From Vicugna vicugna (lineage: Eukaryota), in contig MU057711.1 in the NCBI GenBank assembly GCA_013265495.1, positions 186,001-250,000 on the forward strand: 64,000 nt of DNA. The letters are read 5' to 3'. Below the pieces are notes generated by a model. It had not been told where the DNA came from and did no database searches. It was given only the letters and a program-made list of their open reading frames with translations. The position numbers and the translations under genes were made by a program. This document shows positions 13,401 to 27,613 of the stretch, one piece after another (positions within the stretch are counted from its first letter, which is position 1; the number at the start of each line of letters is the position of its first letter).

Positions 13401-16400
13401 TGCTTAAAAAAGCAAGAGTACAGGCCTTTTCCCAGAAGTCTTCAAACATCTAATAGAGAATTTAAAGTCCTTTCTTTGCTGGGCACACTAACTGTGTACT
13501 AACTCCCTGGGTAATTTATATTCTTATGTAGTTAGAGTAGCAGGTTTTTTGTCTTACTTGGAAGGGAAATGTCTTCCATTTGGAAAAATTTAAGGGTACT
13601 TATCACAGAATTATTATGAAGCCCTTTTTATATTTACAATATTAAGCTGTGATTATTTGTTTAAAGAATCCCCTATTGTAAAAGTAATAGAATTTTGTTT
13701 CTAGTTCTTCTTGTAAATGCCAATGAAACCACATAGGTTACATTAAGAAGAATTCCTCAATAACTAAGCTGTCACTGTTTTCTCTTGATGAAATTTATAT
13801 TTATCTCTTATTGGTGATAAATGCATAATATAAAGTTACTAATTTTTAAAAATGTGACTAATTTGATTTTTCTAATTGTATAGTTTTCAGTCTTGTCAAC
13901 AATCTCATGAAACCTCACATCTGTTTGAATTTGTGTGTGTGTGTGCGCACATGCACGTGTACTGAGGATTTAAAAAGATTATTTATGCATATTTATATTT
14001 CATATACATTAGGAGTATAATTTGGTACTGTTTAATTAATTAGAAATAGTCAATATGTTATCATTAAAGACAATGATATTGTTTGTTTTTCTTAAAAGTA
14101 ATGTTACAGTTCCATTTTATAATTCTGTTCTATTTTAGAGGAGGGAAGAAATGTTTACTAGTATGTTTGACTTTTTAAAATGTAATTTATATATCAAGTT
14201 GTAGTTCTGAATATACCATCATTTAAAATTATGATTATATTACATCATCTCTAATTATATACTTATTATAATTAATATAATTAAATGATTATATGTTATT
14301 ATATTATTATAATTATATAATTTTATTTTGTAAATAATTAAATTATTTTGATTTACATGGTTTAGGTTAGAACTGTTTCTGAATCTAGTCAATTATACAA
14401 AATTTGTTAAAAGAAAGTTAAGCCTATACTTATGCCATGCTAAAAAGTATCATGTAGGATTTTTGCATTTTTTGTTTTCTAATATAACTTATAGAAAAAA
14501 TATAACTTCAATTTAGGGTTTAAATGTGGAATTTAGATTTTATATTTAAGAAGAGTAAGCCATTTTTTTAAAAGAGTATGAACTTGAAAGAGTATTAACT
14601 TGTTTAAATGTGCATATATTAGAAAAGTAAAAACTCAAGACAGACATTGGCAAGATACCTTGCAGTTCTAAGGGAGAGAGAGAATATCTTCCTGCAAGAA
14701 ATTAGCCTGTCCCCTCCCAGTGTCAAATTTATCACTATTTTAGGAGTTGAATGTAACAGGTGGCCCTAGCTTAGTGCTGGTAAACAGTCAAGTCATACAG
14801 CCGAACAGTATTCTGATTTTATTTTCCTTCAGGACTGGCTATGGGGAAAATAATGCACCAGTGATAAAATTCAAGTATTTAGTTTTTTCACTAGTTATGT
14901 ATTTACATATATGGAATTCTGGTTTAGATATAAAATTAGGACTTCATATTGTAGAATCTGATCAACCCCTCTACATAGCTTGTGATCAACAAATTGACTA
15001 GAGTGAATTTTAAAGTTATTTCATTTATTTTTTTTTAAATTAAAAGTATTATTGAGATCATATTAGAACCTGAACGTGCATCCATAGAGCTCCTGAGAGA
15101 GTAGAATATTGTCAATTCCTGGTAGAAAATAGAGGGATTATTTTGGGTCACCAGGTTCTCTTTAAATCTTAGGAAAGATAATAGATATATCCTAAATGTT
15201 TTTACTCCAATGCAGCTGCTCTTTCATTTTCTCAGTCAGAAGAGAAATATTCTTCTGGTTACTACTATTATTTGCAGGAGAAAGGAGAAACAGGAGAACC
15301 TCATTAAAATAGGAAGATTCTTTATAATGGCTGAATTATTCTGGAATATTTCAGTCTTAGTTTAATGCCTGTGGAAATTAGAGGAAGAGAATTATTTTAA
15401 AGACAATTTTAGAAAAACCTGATTTTGATTTTTTTCTGAATTTTTTTTTGTTCTTAGATGATGTGGGAATTATACACAGAACATTTCTTTGAGATCATTA
15501 TACTCCAGTTGTGCTGTTTCCTTTGTGTATCAGTGCCTCATCCACTGTTACTCACACCATAATTTTCCTCTGTTAGCACTTGGCTCTGATATCAGGGGGA
15601 AAAATAAATCACAGAGCAGAATCGTGCTAGTTTTACTTCAGGGCCTGAATATGAAAGGAAGAATGATGTTCTAATGACATATAACTTACTTTTTACTGAC
15701 ATTCACTGTACTATATTAAAATAATCCTCATTCTTTCCAGTAGTGGTCTGTGAGATCTGTAATTGAAAGAGGCAGTATTATAGTATACTTTTTAAGGAGA
15801 CAGGTGATGCTTTTTATCAAGTGAGAATGATGGCCAGATATTTTAGTTGAGATATAGTGAAACAATGAATAAACTACTTTTTTTTTCAGTAGTGGTTAAC
15901 TGTCATTCATCTTTTGAATGCCGCTGATCAATAAGATAAAAGGAACTTAAGGCCAGAAGAACATCTTAACCTAGTTTAATAGTTAGATTTTAGCTGTTTT
16001 TTTTTTTAATCAGGAGATGTGAACTGTGGTCAATTGATTTTAAACTAAGACCTGAGAACATAAAATTTTATGCCCCAATGTATCATGTATGATACTGGAT
16101 GTGTGTTTACTTGAAGGCATCCCTGACTGAAGTGCCCACCCTGGCATTATTAAACAGATGGCAAAGAAGACATGTGCCTACCTTAATCTGCACTTCCTTG
16201 AATCCAAGTGGCCAATTCATAACCTAAAGTGATTGATATTTAAAATTGCCTGTACTCTGCAACAATGAATTTTAAAAATCTTTCAGATTCTTGCAATATA
16301 GAAATATTGTTTAAAGTTTTAGCCAAGTCACTTGAAAATATTATATACTATTTTTAAAGCAATTGGCTTACTTCCTTAAAAGAATGAGAAATTTGCACAA

Positions 16401-16601
16401 GTTTCATCATTGGATTGATTTTTTTTTTTTTTTGGCAGCATTTCTACATCTGCTGGGAAAATGGAGTTTCACTGTTACAGAATTAGTAGATGTCACCCGA
16501 ACATGGGATTAGCCAGATAGTTAAATACTTAATTATCAAAAGCTCTGCTTCCTTTTCAAATGCGTTTCCAATTTGTTTCATGAGTTATCTCTCTTACCCA
16601 G

Positions 16602-16701
16602 GCGCATTGATGATGACAAGGGAAGGACCCATGAGCTGGAGCACTCGGCTATAAAATGTATGAGAGGAATTCTCTACTGCTATATGCGTCAGGCCGATAA
16701 G
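16602..16701 (+). CDS. PHKB: PHKB coding exon (about exon 4): (R)[33 protein letters not shown]
   Basis: Acceptor ctcttacccag|, donor AAG|gtaaaa, 100 nt, phase 2-0. Confidence 0.97.
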
Positions 16702-19700
16702 GTAAAACACTGCAGTGTGGACTGAAATCCTCACATCATTCTGAGGGATTAATTTAACCAGTATAGCAATAGCATCTTCTGAAGAAGAGTGTACTTTGTA
16801 AAGGTAAAGCCGCATCCTTGGGCAGTCTTGATAGGTTTAAACAGCTCTGCCTCCCCAGCCCAGGGTTTTGAAATTCTGAAACTGGAGAATCACCATAAGA
16901 GAGAGTGATTGAGAACTGTTATTTAGGCTTGAATCTGTTTGTATTTTGCATCTGGTGTTTGCTTGATAAAGACTCAGTTTCTCAGGAACCTCATGATACC
17001 TGTAATTCTAACCAATATTATATTATTTAAGAAAATCTTTATCAAAATTCCTTTTGAGTATGTTAATACTCTGGCATAAGTGAAGGTTAGTTTAAAAATA
17101 TAATACTTCATTCATTTACATATATAGAGGGCAGGAATTACAGGCTTAGAAAACAGAAAACTTTACATGGTGATTTTTGAAATTAAAGAAATAATACATA
17201 ATAAAACTGGTTAAACTGTAAAGCTGTATACAAATATAATGTAGTATTTCCTTACTTTCCTACATCTCTGTGCTTTCAGATCCTAATATAGTAAGTGTCC
17301 GTATGTTTACATCAGTGTCGTGGGGCCCCAAGACTACTCCCAGGTTTGATAATTCATCAGCAGAGATGAACATTAGTAATAATGCAAGCAGTTTTGATCA
17401 CTTAATATATTGTACATTTTTATCATGTGACTATTGTATTAACTTTTTGTGATAGCACATTTTTTTCTTAAGACTTGTATCTGAGGTCAAAATAAAAAGA
17501 AAAAATTTCCCTAATGCTCTGCTACCAGAATAACAAAAATGTTGACAAAAAAAGTAAATCTATTCACAAGCTAATAATAGAGTTATGTGACAGGCCTGTA
17601 ATTTGTCTACTGAGACTTGACTTTACAAATCATTATTTTAAAGGTTTTTCAATGCTTGAAATAAAGTAATAACGTCATATTGACATACTTGAATTAATCT
17701 CATGCAGAAATATTTGGAAGTGATTGTGGTTAAAGTTATTTTTTACAAAGTATGAGAAGTTTACTGTTTATTTCACATTTATCATTTCATGAACACCTAA
17801 TGCCTATGAATTTAACTTTTCTCCCAAGGAAACATTGGGAGAACCATGAATTTCTTGTGTTTGCTAACCAAGCTAACAGATTTAAATTAGAATTGTTTAT
17901 CAAAAGGAAGGAAGTGATGTAATATAAATTTTTTTGTGTGTAGCTTAACTAATTGTAATGTCCCTTTCTAAATTTATTCAGCTTTACTAACCAGTATTCA
18001 CAATTGAATACAGCTTGAATGAAACTTAAGCTGTCTTGAATTCCTTAAATTATAAAGAATTAGCATTTTTTTGCCTTGTGTAGGTACCATGGTAGACCAT
18101 TAAAATAAGTGTGAGTTGTAAGAAGGTGTAGATCACATTAGGATTAGATATTTCTGCATATTACAAAATGTAGTCTTTTGCAAATTTTGAAGCATTTTAA
18201 TTATTGTGATTTTTCTTGATCCTCATAACTGTTTATAATTGGATGGAGGATATTACTGTCTGAGGGAGCTTGCACTGTGTGCCAAGTTCAGTGCCTCCCA
18301 CCATACTGTCACCTCTTGTTGGTGCTCGCCATTTCCTTCATGTTTCCATAGCAGTAGAGACTGTTACCATATTTTAAAATGTGAAATATATTAATCCTTT
18401 GGCTTCCTTAAAACTAAAGTAAGGCATAATTTATAGTGTTCATGTGCTCTTTGATCTTAAGGCCCATCTTCTGAAGTAAAATCATGACTTAGAAGGTCTA
18501 AGGCTCTCCACTTTTATTGCTTCTCATTGTAAAACAAGATTCCTGACATATTTTCTAATAATACTACTTAAAGGAAATATTTTTACTTTCTTATGAATTT
18601 GAGTGAATAGAGAGTTGTTCTTGATTTGCAGAATGTAGAGCAATCTGATTTCTATTATTGTCTTGCCATTTGTCTTAATATCTATCTTATTAACATTAGG
18701 GTTTTTTTTCTTTACCTCTAAATGTTCATATACCTATTTTTTCTAATACTCCTTACCAAGAAGTACTCACATTTTAGAATTGATCCCAATCCATAGTTCG
18801 CAGTTTGGAGAGCAGGGATTTGCTTTACAATAGGCTGTGAATGTTGCTGTCCCTAATCATCTACTTAAAATTTTTATTTGTTTAAAATGCTGCTAAGTAG
18901 TTTGTAATTCATGAGAAAATTTAGTCTTCCAGGATTCTCCTATAGGAGTATTTTTTCCGCTGAAGTGCATATTTTGAGTCTGTAAATCAAGAATGGAGGA
19001 CAGAATATTCAGTTATCTTTTCCTGATTGATAAGCTGCTTATTCACAGTGATTAAAGTTTTGAGGGAAAAATCTAAATAAAATACCAGAAAAGAAAACAT
19101 AGTTTAGATTTTTTTTAATCTAGAAAATTTTACTTTACTCATTCTTTATTTTTACTTGCCAGATGTCATATAAAATACTAATTAAAGTCCGCTTGTTTTT
19201 GACTGCTTTCAAGAGTATACATTGTCTATAATTCATATACAGTATGCCCCCATTAATTTTCAAAGCTTACAGAGTTTGGGTCTTATTCTTTTTTTCAGAA
19301 ATTTAAAATTATTTGTCTTTTAATAGCTTTAAGACTCAAAACATTGTTATATAATACCCCATCTGAGCATCTTTAATCATTTAGTAGCTGCTTTTCCCCT
19401 GACACAGTGATTGAATGAGTTGAAATTCTCGTGCTGGGTTCTTGTGTGTCTTGAAGACAAATGATGTACACTGCCTTGTCAACTGCAGCATTTACTTTAT
19501 TAAACTGATAAAACCTTATCCATTTAGATCCTTACCAAGTGGGCAAAATGTATTCTGTTTTAATTTAACCATATTTTTGTCTAAAATCCCAGAATAATGT
19601 GCAGCACTTTGAGATAATAATCATGGCACTGGGAGAGGAGTGACCACAGTAACTCCTGTCTGTGTAGTCTGTAAGACTGTTGCCAGCAGTTTTAGATACT

Positions 19701-19903
19701 GAGAAAGGGTAGTATTCACACCTTCTCTGAGTTAGCACTGGATAACTTGGCCACTTCGTAGACAGAAGACATACATCCCTACCTTTACCCTCATCTAGTT
19801 GTCTACTTACAGGCCTTTCATTTTGTTGACTTCAGTCATAGGTAGGGCTTATTTATTTGTGTAGGGTTCTTACGGGGTGCAAAGGTGTTTTAGCCCTCTA
19901 GCA

Positions 19904-20104
19904 CAGTGCTGTCCAGTAAACTTCCCGTGATGATACAAATGTTCTATGTTACTGTGTTGAACAGTACAGAAGCCACAGGTCGCATGTGCTATCGAGCACT
20001 TGATATATGAACAGTATGAGGGACTGAATTTCTAAATTTTATATAATTGTAATTTAATTTAATTAGTCACATGTAGCTAGTGGATATCATATTGGATAGT
20101 GTAA
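19904..20104. mobile_element. hAT-Charlie MITE, MER3-like
   Basis: Terminal inverted repeats cagtgctgtcca...tggatagtgta. Flanks ctctagca and ttctagaa fit the hAT target-site pattern. Confidence 0.8.
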
Positions 20105-20915
20105 CTTCTAGAAGCTTATAAGATAGTGGGAAATACAAACAACTAATAAAAACATAAGACTGGAGAAATAATTGAAGGATAATCACCCTCATGTAGGAGT
20201 CCAGAGGAAGTAATTTTAGTTGAGGTTCAGAAGGAACTTTATAAAAGAAGAATTTTTTTTTTGAGATAAGATTTGATGTATGAAGAGAAGAATTTTGAAG
20301 GTAGAGAAGAGAATATGATTCTATGTGGTTCCTTAGCCAGGTGAAACAAGGCAAGATTATAACCATCCAGATACTACCATCACTTATATCTTTCAAAGAG
20401 AGGAGAAAGTCATTGCCTTTATATAGAGCCATGTGGAATTCTATTCATCCTCTGTTCCCGTTCATCTCATACTTCCAGGGACTAGCACAGTACTACTTGG
20501 CATGTAATTGATGTCAGTAAATGTTTGTGAAGTTGAATTAATATTCATTTGTCCTTGCAGTTTCCTGGATCATTTATTTATTACTTAGAATTCTAAAATG
20601 GTTAAATTTTATGTTCAATTAATAAGTAAAGGTATGGCCTGTGTTCTCTTAAAATTGGTGCATTAGTAATGACAGTATATGTGGCAAAGGAAATGAAAAC
20701 ACATTGACATGAGCATAGGTTACTTTGTGACCCTTAGAGAAAGAAATAGCATTTAAAATTTTGAACACTTAGTGAATTAGAATATGGCCTGAAGCACTTT
20801 TTCATTGAGTGTCACGTAAACATTTCCAAATAGCAGTACACTGGGATACAATCCCTGAAATCCTGTCCCACAGAGTAAACTGTTATTAGACTCTAAAATA
20901 AAATAAGATGCATAA

Positions 20916-21180
20916 GGTGGTTGCCAAGGCGGCGGAGGGTGGGTAGGGAAAGACTGGGATTTCAAAATTTGTAAATACTGACAGGCATATGCAGAATAGA
21001 TAGACAAGATTATACTGTATAGCACAGGGAAATATATACAAGATCTTGTGGTAGCTCACAGCAGAAAAAAATAACAATGAATATATGTATGTTTATGTAT
21101 AACTGAAAAATTGTGCTCTACACTGGAATTTGACACAACATTGTAAAATGACTATAACTCAATAAAAAAGTGTTTAAAAA
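20916..21180 (+). mobile_element. Young LINE-1 3' UTR fragment
   Basis: Reverse complement of the 3' UTRs at 29900-30140 and 54850-55110. AATAAA at 21161 plus A tail. TSD aagatgca(t/g)aa at 20905-20915 and 21181-21191. Confidence 0.92.
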
Positions 21181-21503
21181 AAGATGCAGAACAATGCAAA
21201 AGCCATTGCTATTGCTACTACATTAGTAAGGTCGCTATTATACTTGAGTTGCTATGTTTGTGAAATGTCAATTAAGTATTTGACAACCATGTCAACTCTT
21301 TTAATAATAACAAGTTTTGTCTGTGTTTTGTTTCTTTTTTGGTTTTGTTTCTTTAGAAAAAATAACATCTGTTTTGTTCTGTTCTCTGCCTATAAGCTCT
21401 AGCTTTCCTCATTAAAAAGCTTCATGAAAAATAATTTGTAATCTCTAATCTTGGATGGGAATGTGAGTTACTAGCATTGTTTAAAATTTATATTTGATTC
21501 TAG

Positions 21504-21611
21504 GTCCAGCAGTTTAAGCAGGATCCACGCCCAACAACGTGTCTTCACTCTGCTTTCAATGTACACACAGGAGATGAGATCCTTTCCTATGAGGAATATG
21601 GTCATCTTCAG
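21504..21611 (+). CDS. PHKB: PHKB coding exon (about exon 5): [36 protein letters not shown]
   Basis: Acceptor tttgattctag|, donor CAG|gtaaaa, 108 nt, phase 0-0. Confidence 0.97.
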
Positions 21612-23344
21612 GTAAAAAGAGAAGATTACAAATCTTCTTCTCCGTTTATACTCAACATCATAGAAGATTTGGGGCTATTTACAATTTTTAAAAAGTAGAT
21701 TTCAAAATTGTTCACAGTAGAAGTAGAGAATCAACCGTGAAACGAGGAAACCCAGCAAGGCAGAATTAGTTATTGTGATTAAATATTAAATTTGCCTTAG
21801 TTCTTGGTGCAAAAGCAGAACGGGTAGCTGGATGGATCGTAATATTGTTCCTGTCTAGAAGAGGGAATCCAACAGTTCTTTCAGTGACAAAAGCTTGTAC
21901 TTATTATCAAATTTAGAAGAATTTCAACACTTAGGAACTAGGGAATAAAAAACAATTGACAGCGATATAACAACAAATCAGAAGTTTTTGTTACATGATG
22001 GTTCATTTTTTACTGTATTAACCTTCAATAAAGCTAAAAACATACCCCTAAAATGTAATTCCAAAAGCATTTCTGGAGTCTATAAATTTTATCATAATAC
22101 TATATTAAATTTTATATATAAATTTTATATGCTAAGAATACACTGTAGGATTTTATGGGTTTTTTTTTTTTTCATTTGTTTTCTGTCACATCTGTGTGCT
22201 CTCTTTAGCAGGACATCCCATTGCCTTGTTTCTAGGATACAAACATTATCTATGCTATTTATGTTTAGTGGGTTTTCTTCCTACTCATCATTTGGTTCTG
22301 CGATCTTTAGAACAGAATGCTTATTATTCAGACATTCCTTACTAAAATAAGAGTATCTCCTTTTTATAGTTCCTCTCTCTCTAGTGATCTGAAATGTCTT
22401 ACTTTAGGATGACTCCTCCAAACAAGAAAGTGCAGTGTCCACATTTCTATGCAGCAGAAACTCTTAAATTTAGTTGTAATCAGTTCCTTGGAGATTTAGT
22501 GTTATATGAGTATGTAGCTGCTCCACCTTCTTGTAATTATCACATAATTAGGTTTTCTGTGCCTTTTGCTTTGACAAATATGTTTACTATTTGAAATAGG
22601 TTTTCAGAAAATAGTACCTTACTTATTTCTGTATCCCAGAATTCAAGCTCAGTGCCTGGCACTTAGTAGTCTTCAAGTAAGTGCTGGTCAGTCTGTTATC
22701 TATCTGACAGCTCCTGTGCCATTTGCCACTTATGAATATTTTCTCACAGAAGCATTCCAAAAGTCAGAGCAGAGAGCTCTTGAAGGTGTTGCTGTAAGTG
22801 CCTGTCTTTAGGAATGAGATTTCTTTGCAGTCATTTCTGACAGGCCAGTGTCAGTGCTGTAATGAAATATTTCGGTGATCCTGGCAACGGAGTGAAGCTC
22901 TTCTCTTCTGTGTTCTGGGAAAGGTCACTCAAAAGTTGATGTTGAGCTGGAAAACCTAAAACCAGAATCCTGTTTGTGTTTTTTTTTTAATGTGGCCCAT
23001 CTGGACCTGGACAGGAACCTGATACTCACTGGACTTTGAGTGCTGGGAAGTCAGGAGTCATCCAGATTGTCCTGGTTCCTGAGGGGCCTGTGAGCACTGG
23101 CAGGCCCTGGTGGCACCGGCATGCTATGTCCAGGGTGTCTAGGGCACAAATAATTTCCTGCCCCAGCTTTCTGTCAGTCACTCAAAGGATTGGAGGAGAG
23201 TCGAGGAAAACATAAGACATCAAGGCTGCTAGGGAGTAATAATCTGGGTTGGAATTATACAGGGACTAAATTATATCTTGTTTTCTCTCTTTTTTTAACT
23301 CAAGTTAGCAGTTTCCTGGCTAAACGAAAAATTTTCACTGCTTT

Positions 23345-23700
23345 TTATTTATTTATTTGTTTATAACAGCTTTATTGAGATATAACTCATGTAATATACA
23401 ATTTGCCTATGTAAAGTATACAATGCAATGATTTTTAATACATTCACAGAGTTGTACAATCCTTATCACAGTCAGTTTCAGAACATTTTCATCACCTCAT
23501 AAAGAAATCCTGGACCAGTCATCATCAGTCACTGCCCATCTCCTCCAAAGACCCCAACGCTAGGCAACTACCAGTCTACTTTCTGTCTCTATGAATAAGC
23601 CCGTTTTGTACATTTCATACAAATGAAATCATACAACATATAGTCTTATGTGACTGACTTCTTTGATTTAGCATAATGTTCGTCCATGTTGTAGTATTTA
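23345..23700 (-). mobile_element. Ancient L1MB/MC-type 3' end
   Basis: acagctttattgagatataa...cagaacattttcatcacc...ctaggcaactaccagtctactttctgtctctatg. Confidence 0.8.
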
Positions 23701-24170
23701 TCTTTCACTACTTGTTTTCTTGAGAAAATTTACATATCTCATTCAGGATTCTGTGAGAATCTTTATTTTTGGTTAAAGTGGACAGTACTGTCTTCTTTTG
23801 TTTGTTTTGTTTAGATCACATAATGTTTACCTTTAACAGACTAAATACTAAAAGAAAAAATAACTCACTTAAAACAGTTCATTTGTTAGTAAACATTTTA
23901 AATTATATGCTATATCATTAATTAAAATTAATATGTTTCAGCAGTTGTTTACATAAATTCTGTATTCTCTGAAAATAAGACTCTTCAAGGTGCATTGCCC
24001 ATTGTTTATAATGTGCTGTAGCCCTAATGGCTTACTTGCCAAACAACTTCTCCATTTACCATACATTTGAGATGGATTGACATTGCTTTGGGGCAAAACT
24101 GTTTCAAAGTAAACTTAGACCTAGAGTTTGAAAATAAATCTTAGAAAGCAAATGTTACAAAAAGAGCCCG

Positions 24171-24684
24171 AGGATAAAGAAGCTGTGGTATATTTATACA
24201 ATGGAATGCTACTCAGACATAAAAAATAATAAAATAATGCCATTTGCAGCAACATGGATGGACCTGGAGAATGTCATTCTAAGAGAAGTAAGTCAGAAAG
24301 AGAAAGAAAAATACCATATGGTATCACTTATATGTGGAATCTAAAAAAAAAAAAAAGATGAATGAACTTAACTTTACAAAAAGACTTACAGACATAGGAA
24401 ACAAACTTATGATTACCAGTGGGCAAAGGGAGTGGGAAGGGATAAATTGGGAGTTCGAGATTTGCACATACTAATATATATAAAATAGATAAATAACAAG
24501 TTTATACTGTATAGGACAAGGAACTGTATTTGATATCTTGTAGTAACTTGTGGTGAAAAAGAATATGAAAACAAATATATGTATGTTCATATGTGACTGA
24601 AGCATTGTGCTGTACACCAGAAATTGACACAAATTGTAAGCTGTCTATACTTCAATAAAAATATATATACTAAGAAAAAAAAAA
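24171..24684 (+). mobile_element. LINE-1 3' end (ORF2 C-terminus plus 3' UTR), related but distinct subfamily
   Basis: aagaagctgtggtatatttatacaatggaa...gccatttgcagcaacatggatggacctggag matches the L1 ORF2 end. AATAAA at 24654 followed by A tail. Confidence 0.92.
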
Positions 24685-24922
24685 GTCCCTAATCATGTGT
24701 TAATCATCATCACAACGAATTTGAGGATTTTAGAGTTTTGTTTACAAAGCTGAGGTTTTATCATGAACTAAATTCCCAGCTGATTTATTTCATATAGGAA
24801 AGGATATAGTTTTTATGTACCACTGTTAGAACATATGACTTGTAATTTTAGCTTTTACATTTAATTTCATAACATAATATTTTTGTTCTTTCTTTTAACA
24901 TTTTAATGTTGTTTGTTTTTAG

Positions 24923-25003
24923 ATAAATGCAGTGTCACTCTATCTCCTTTACCTTGTGGAAATGATTTCCTCAGGACTCCAGATTATCTATAACACCGAT
25001 GAG
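24923..25003 (+). CDS. PHKB: PHKB coding exon (about exon 6): [27 protein letters not shown]
   Basis: Acceptor gtttgtttttag|, donor GAG|gtatgg, 81 nt, phase 0-0. Confidence 0.97.
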
Positions 25004-27450
25004 GTATGGTTTCCCTAAATTCTCTAGTAGTAAATTTCATCTCTGAGTATATCTTTTTTTTCTTTTACTTTTTAAAGCTTATTTTTAGTTTAATAAAATG
25101 GATTATTCTTAATTTATGTAATTAGATACTGGATTTTAGATATTGAATCAAAAAGTCTTTATATTTTCAAAGCAAATCACTTTAAAAATGAACAAAATAT
25201 GTAACAGGTTCTAAAACTTTACTCCTATGAAAGCTATATTTCAGGTGATCTCAAATAAAAACTTGTAACTTTCAGAAACTTTAGCAACAATGAAATTAAT
25301 AGCATTTGCAGATATTCTGAGTTATAGTGTCTTTTTTCCCATCATTGCTTTTTGTAACCCATCATTCTTAAAGTTAAAAGATACTTTGATCATATTTTGT
25401 TGTTTTTATTGTGTGACCTCCATAGGGTTCTTGATGTTTTTCAAAAGATAAATACTATGTTCTTATTCTTATTAGAAAATTTGGAAAAAATTTATATCCC
25501 AAAGTTGAGAAGCATTTCTTTCATAGGCACTAATGCTTGAATAAACACGCAGATACACATGTGGACACATTTTGAAATGTGCCACAGTGGGAACAAAAAG
25601 CTTTTATTATTGAGATGATATATACAATGAGAACTTCATCAAAGAGGAGGTATGTTATACTTGTAATTATGTTTCTCCAGTGATCCACGCATGGAGAACT
25701 GTTGTATCGTATACCAAACAACAAAGTCATCATTGGACTGCACTGAGGGTGCTGTGAAACTGGTACATGTAGTCTTGCGCTCTAGTAGTTTATAATTTTG
25801 TACATACTTCCCATTGTGCCTTTTTAATGCAGTAGGTAAAATCTACTTAGAAGTGAGGTTAAATGATAAAGAAGTGATAATGATAAGAAGAAATTAATCA
25901 TAACCACTTATGATTTCTTCTGTTTGATTTATCAAAGAATTACATGTTTTCATTTCATCCAAATAGTTCTTGGTTTCTATAATATTGTGAAATAACGATA
26001 TTCAAACTTTTGGGGTAAGAGAGGGATTGGGAAACTCCTATTTCAGACCAATGTTAAGCAGCATTAAAATATAAAACAAGTAAAAGAAGCTTGACTCTGA
26101 CTAGGAAAGAGGAAGACTCCTAGAACTAGCTCATTTAACTTCTCATAGAAACCCCAGAGCACTGGAAAAGTATCCCAAGTCCCAGCAGAATGCGATATGA
26201 TTAACCATTTATAGTAGGTAAAACTAACGTTGATCGTTGTAAGTAATTTCCCACTAATGTTCCTAATGGTAGTGGTGAAATTGTCTTGATTACTGGTAGT
26301 TTTGTTTTGTTGCTATTTCATTTTCCTTTTTAATTTTTAGCATTTACTTTTTTTTTTTTTGCTTTCTCAGTATTTACCATAGTTCATTTTAAATCTCTAA
26401 TTGTCAACTGACATTTTTCAAAAATATATTGCTTTAACCTTTCTATTCTGATTTATATGACTTATCTATACTTAAGTAATTTTGGTAATTTAAGCTTTAT
26501 TTTTTTCTTATTCATGTTTTTTCTTAGCCTTATAGTTTATATTTGGTATACATGAAAGTTTTATATAGCCAAAATCAATCAGCCTTGAACATATAAACTT
26601 AAGATCCTAGAATAATAAAATGTTATTGCTGCCCACCATCTTTTTCCTTGAGATTTTGTGTACTGTGTTAGGGATCATATGGAGAAGCAGTAAATGGGCC
26701 TGCATAGAATCTTTCAGTGAATGAAGTTCCTTTATCTAGATATTTCAGAGGAATTAATTCTTTGAAAGGTAGTGTGACTTGGAAGCATTTTCGTTTCTAA
26801 TTATGCCTTGTGCCCTGAATGGCAAGTTCATTATCCCATCTCTTTTCCTCAGTTCCCAAGCACATTCACATCTCAGGGCAATCCAAGGACCCAGAAAGAA
26901 GTGTGACTAACTCACTCATTCCTTTCTCTAATATCAGATTTTTAATTTACCCAAATCCTTATTTTTCTTAGGATTGAAGAATACAGTTTGAGGAAATATG
27001 TGTGTGTACACATATATACATATATCCATGTATGCACTCGTAAATATTTATGTAATATAATATATATTACACTGTTAGGACTTTGGGTTCTTAAATAAGC
27101 CATTTTCTCTCTTGTGACAGCCCATCTTACTATCTTTACTGGATTCTTTTATTTTTATAAACTTTGAACCCACATTTTAGTTCCTTAAGGAAAAGGCCAT
27201 TGTCTTAAGGGTCACGCATGTCCTTCCTAAGGTGCTGTGAAAATACTGAATGCCACTATTTGTGCTGATAAGCCTTGCTGGAGAACGTACTTCCCAAGGA
27301 CAGGAGCAGCAGTATATGCTTATTTTCTAACGTCTTTCATTACCCACATATGTGCATCACGTTTTGTGGGTACCCAGTCTGCATTCATGTCCATAAAAAG
27401 TGTTGCTATGCACATTCATAAATTTTTTAAAATTAAAAATAAAAAAATGA

Positions 27451-27613
27451 AGGGAGCGTACGGCTCAAGTGGTAGAGCACATGCTTAGATCCTGGGTTCA
27501 ATCCCCAGTATTTCCTCTAAGAATAAACAAATAAACCTAATTACCTCCCCCCACCAAAAAACCTTTTTTTAAATTAAAAAAAAAAAGAAACAAACAAAAT
27601 AAAAACAAAAAAA
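27451..27613 (+). mobile_element. tRNA-derived SINE, camelid Vic-1-like
   Basis: tRNA-like head with A box (ggctcaagtggtaga) and B box (gggttcaatccc), body aataaacaaataaacctaattacctccccc, A-rich tail, flanking aaaaaaatg repeats. Family assigned from recalled consensus. Confidence 0.85.

Noticed and set aside
27451..27515. tRNA gene
   Set aside because: The anticodon arm is incomplete and the head is followed by a SINE body and A-rich tail, so it is a SINE.
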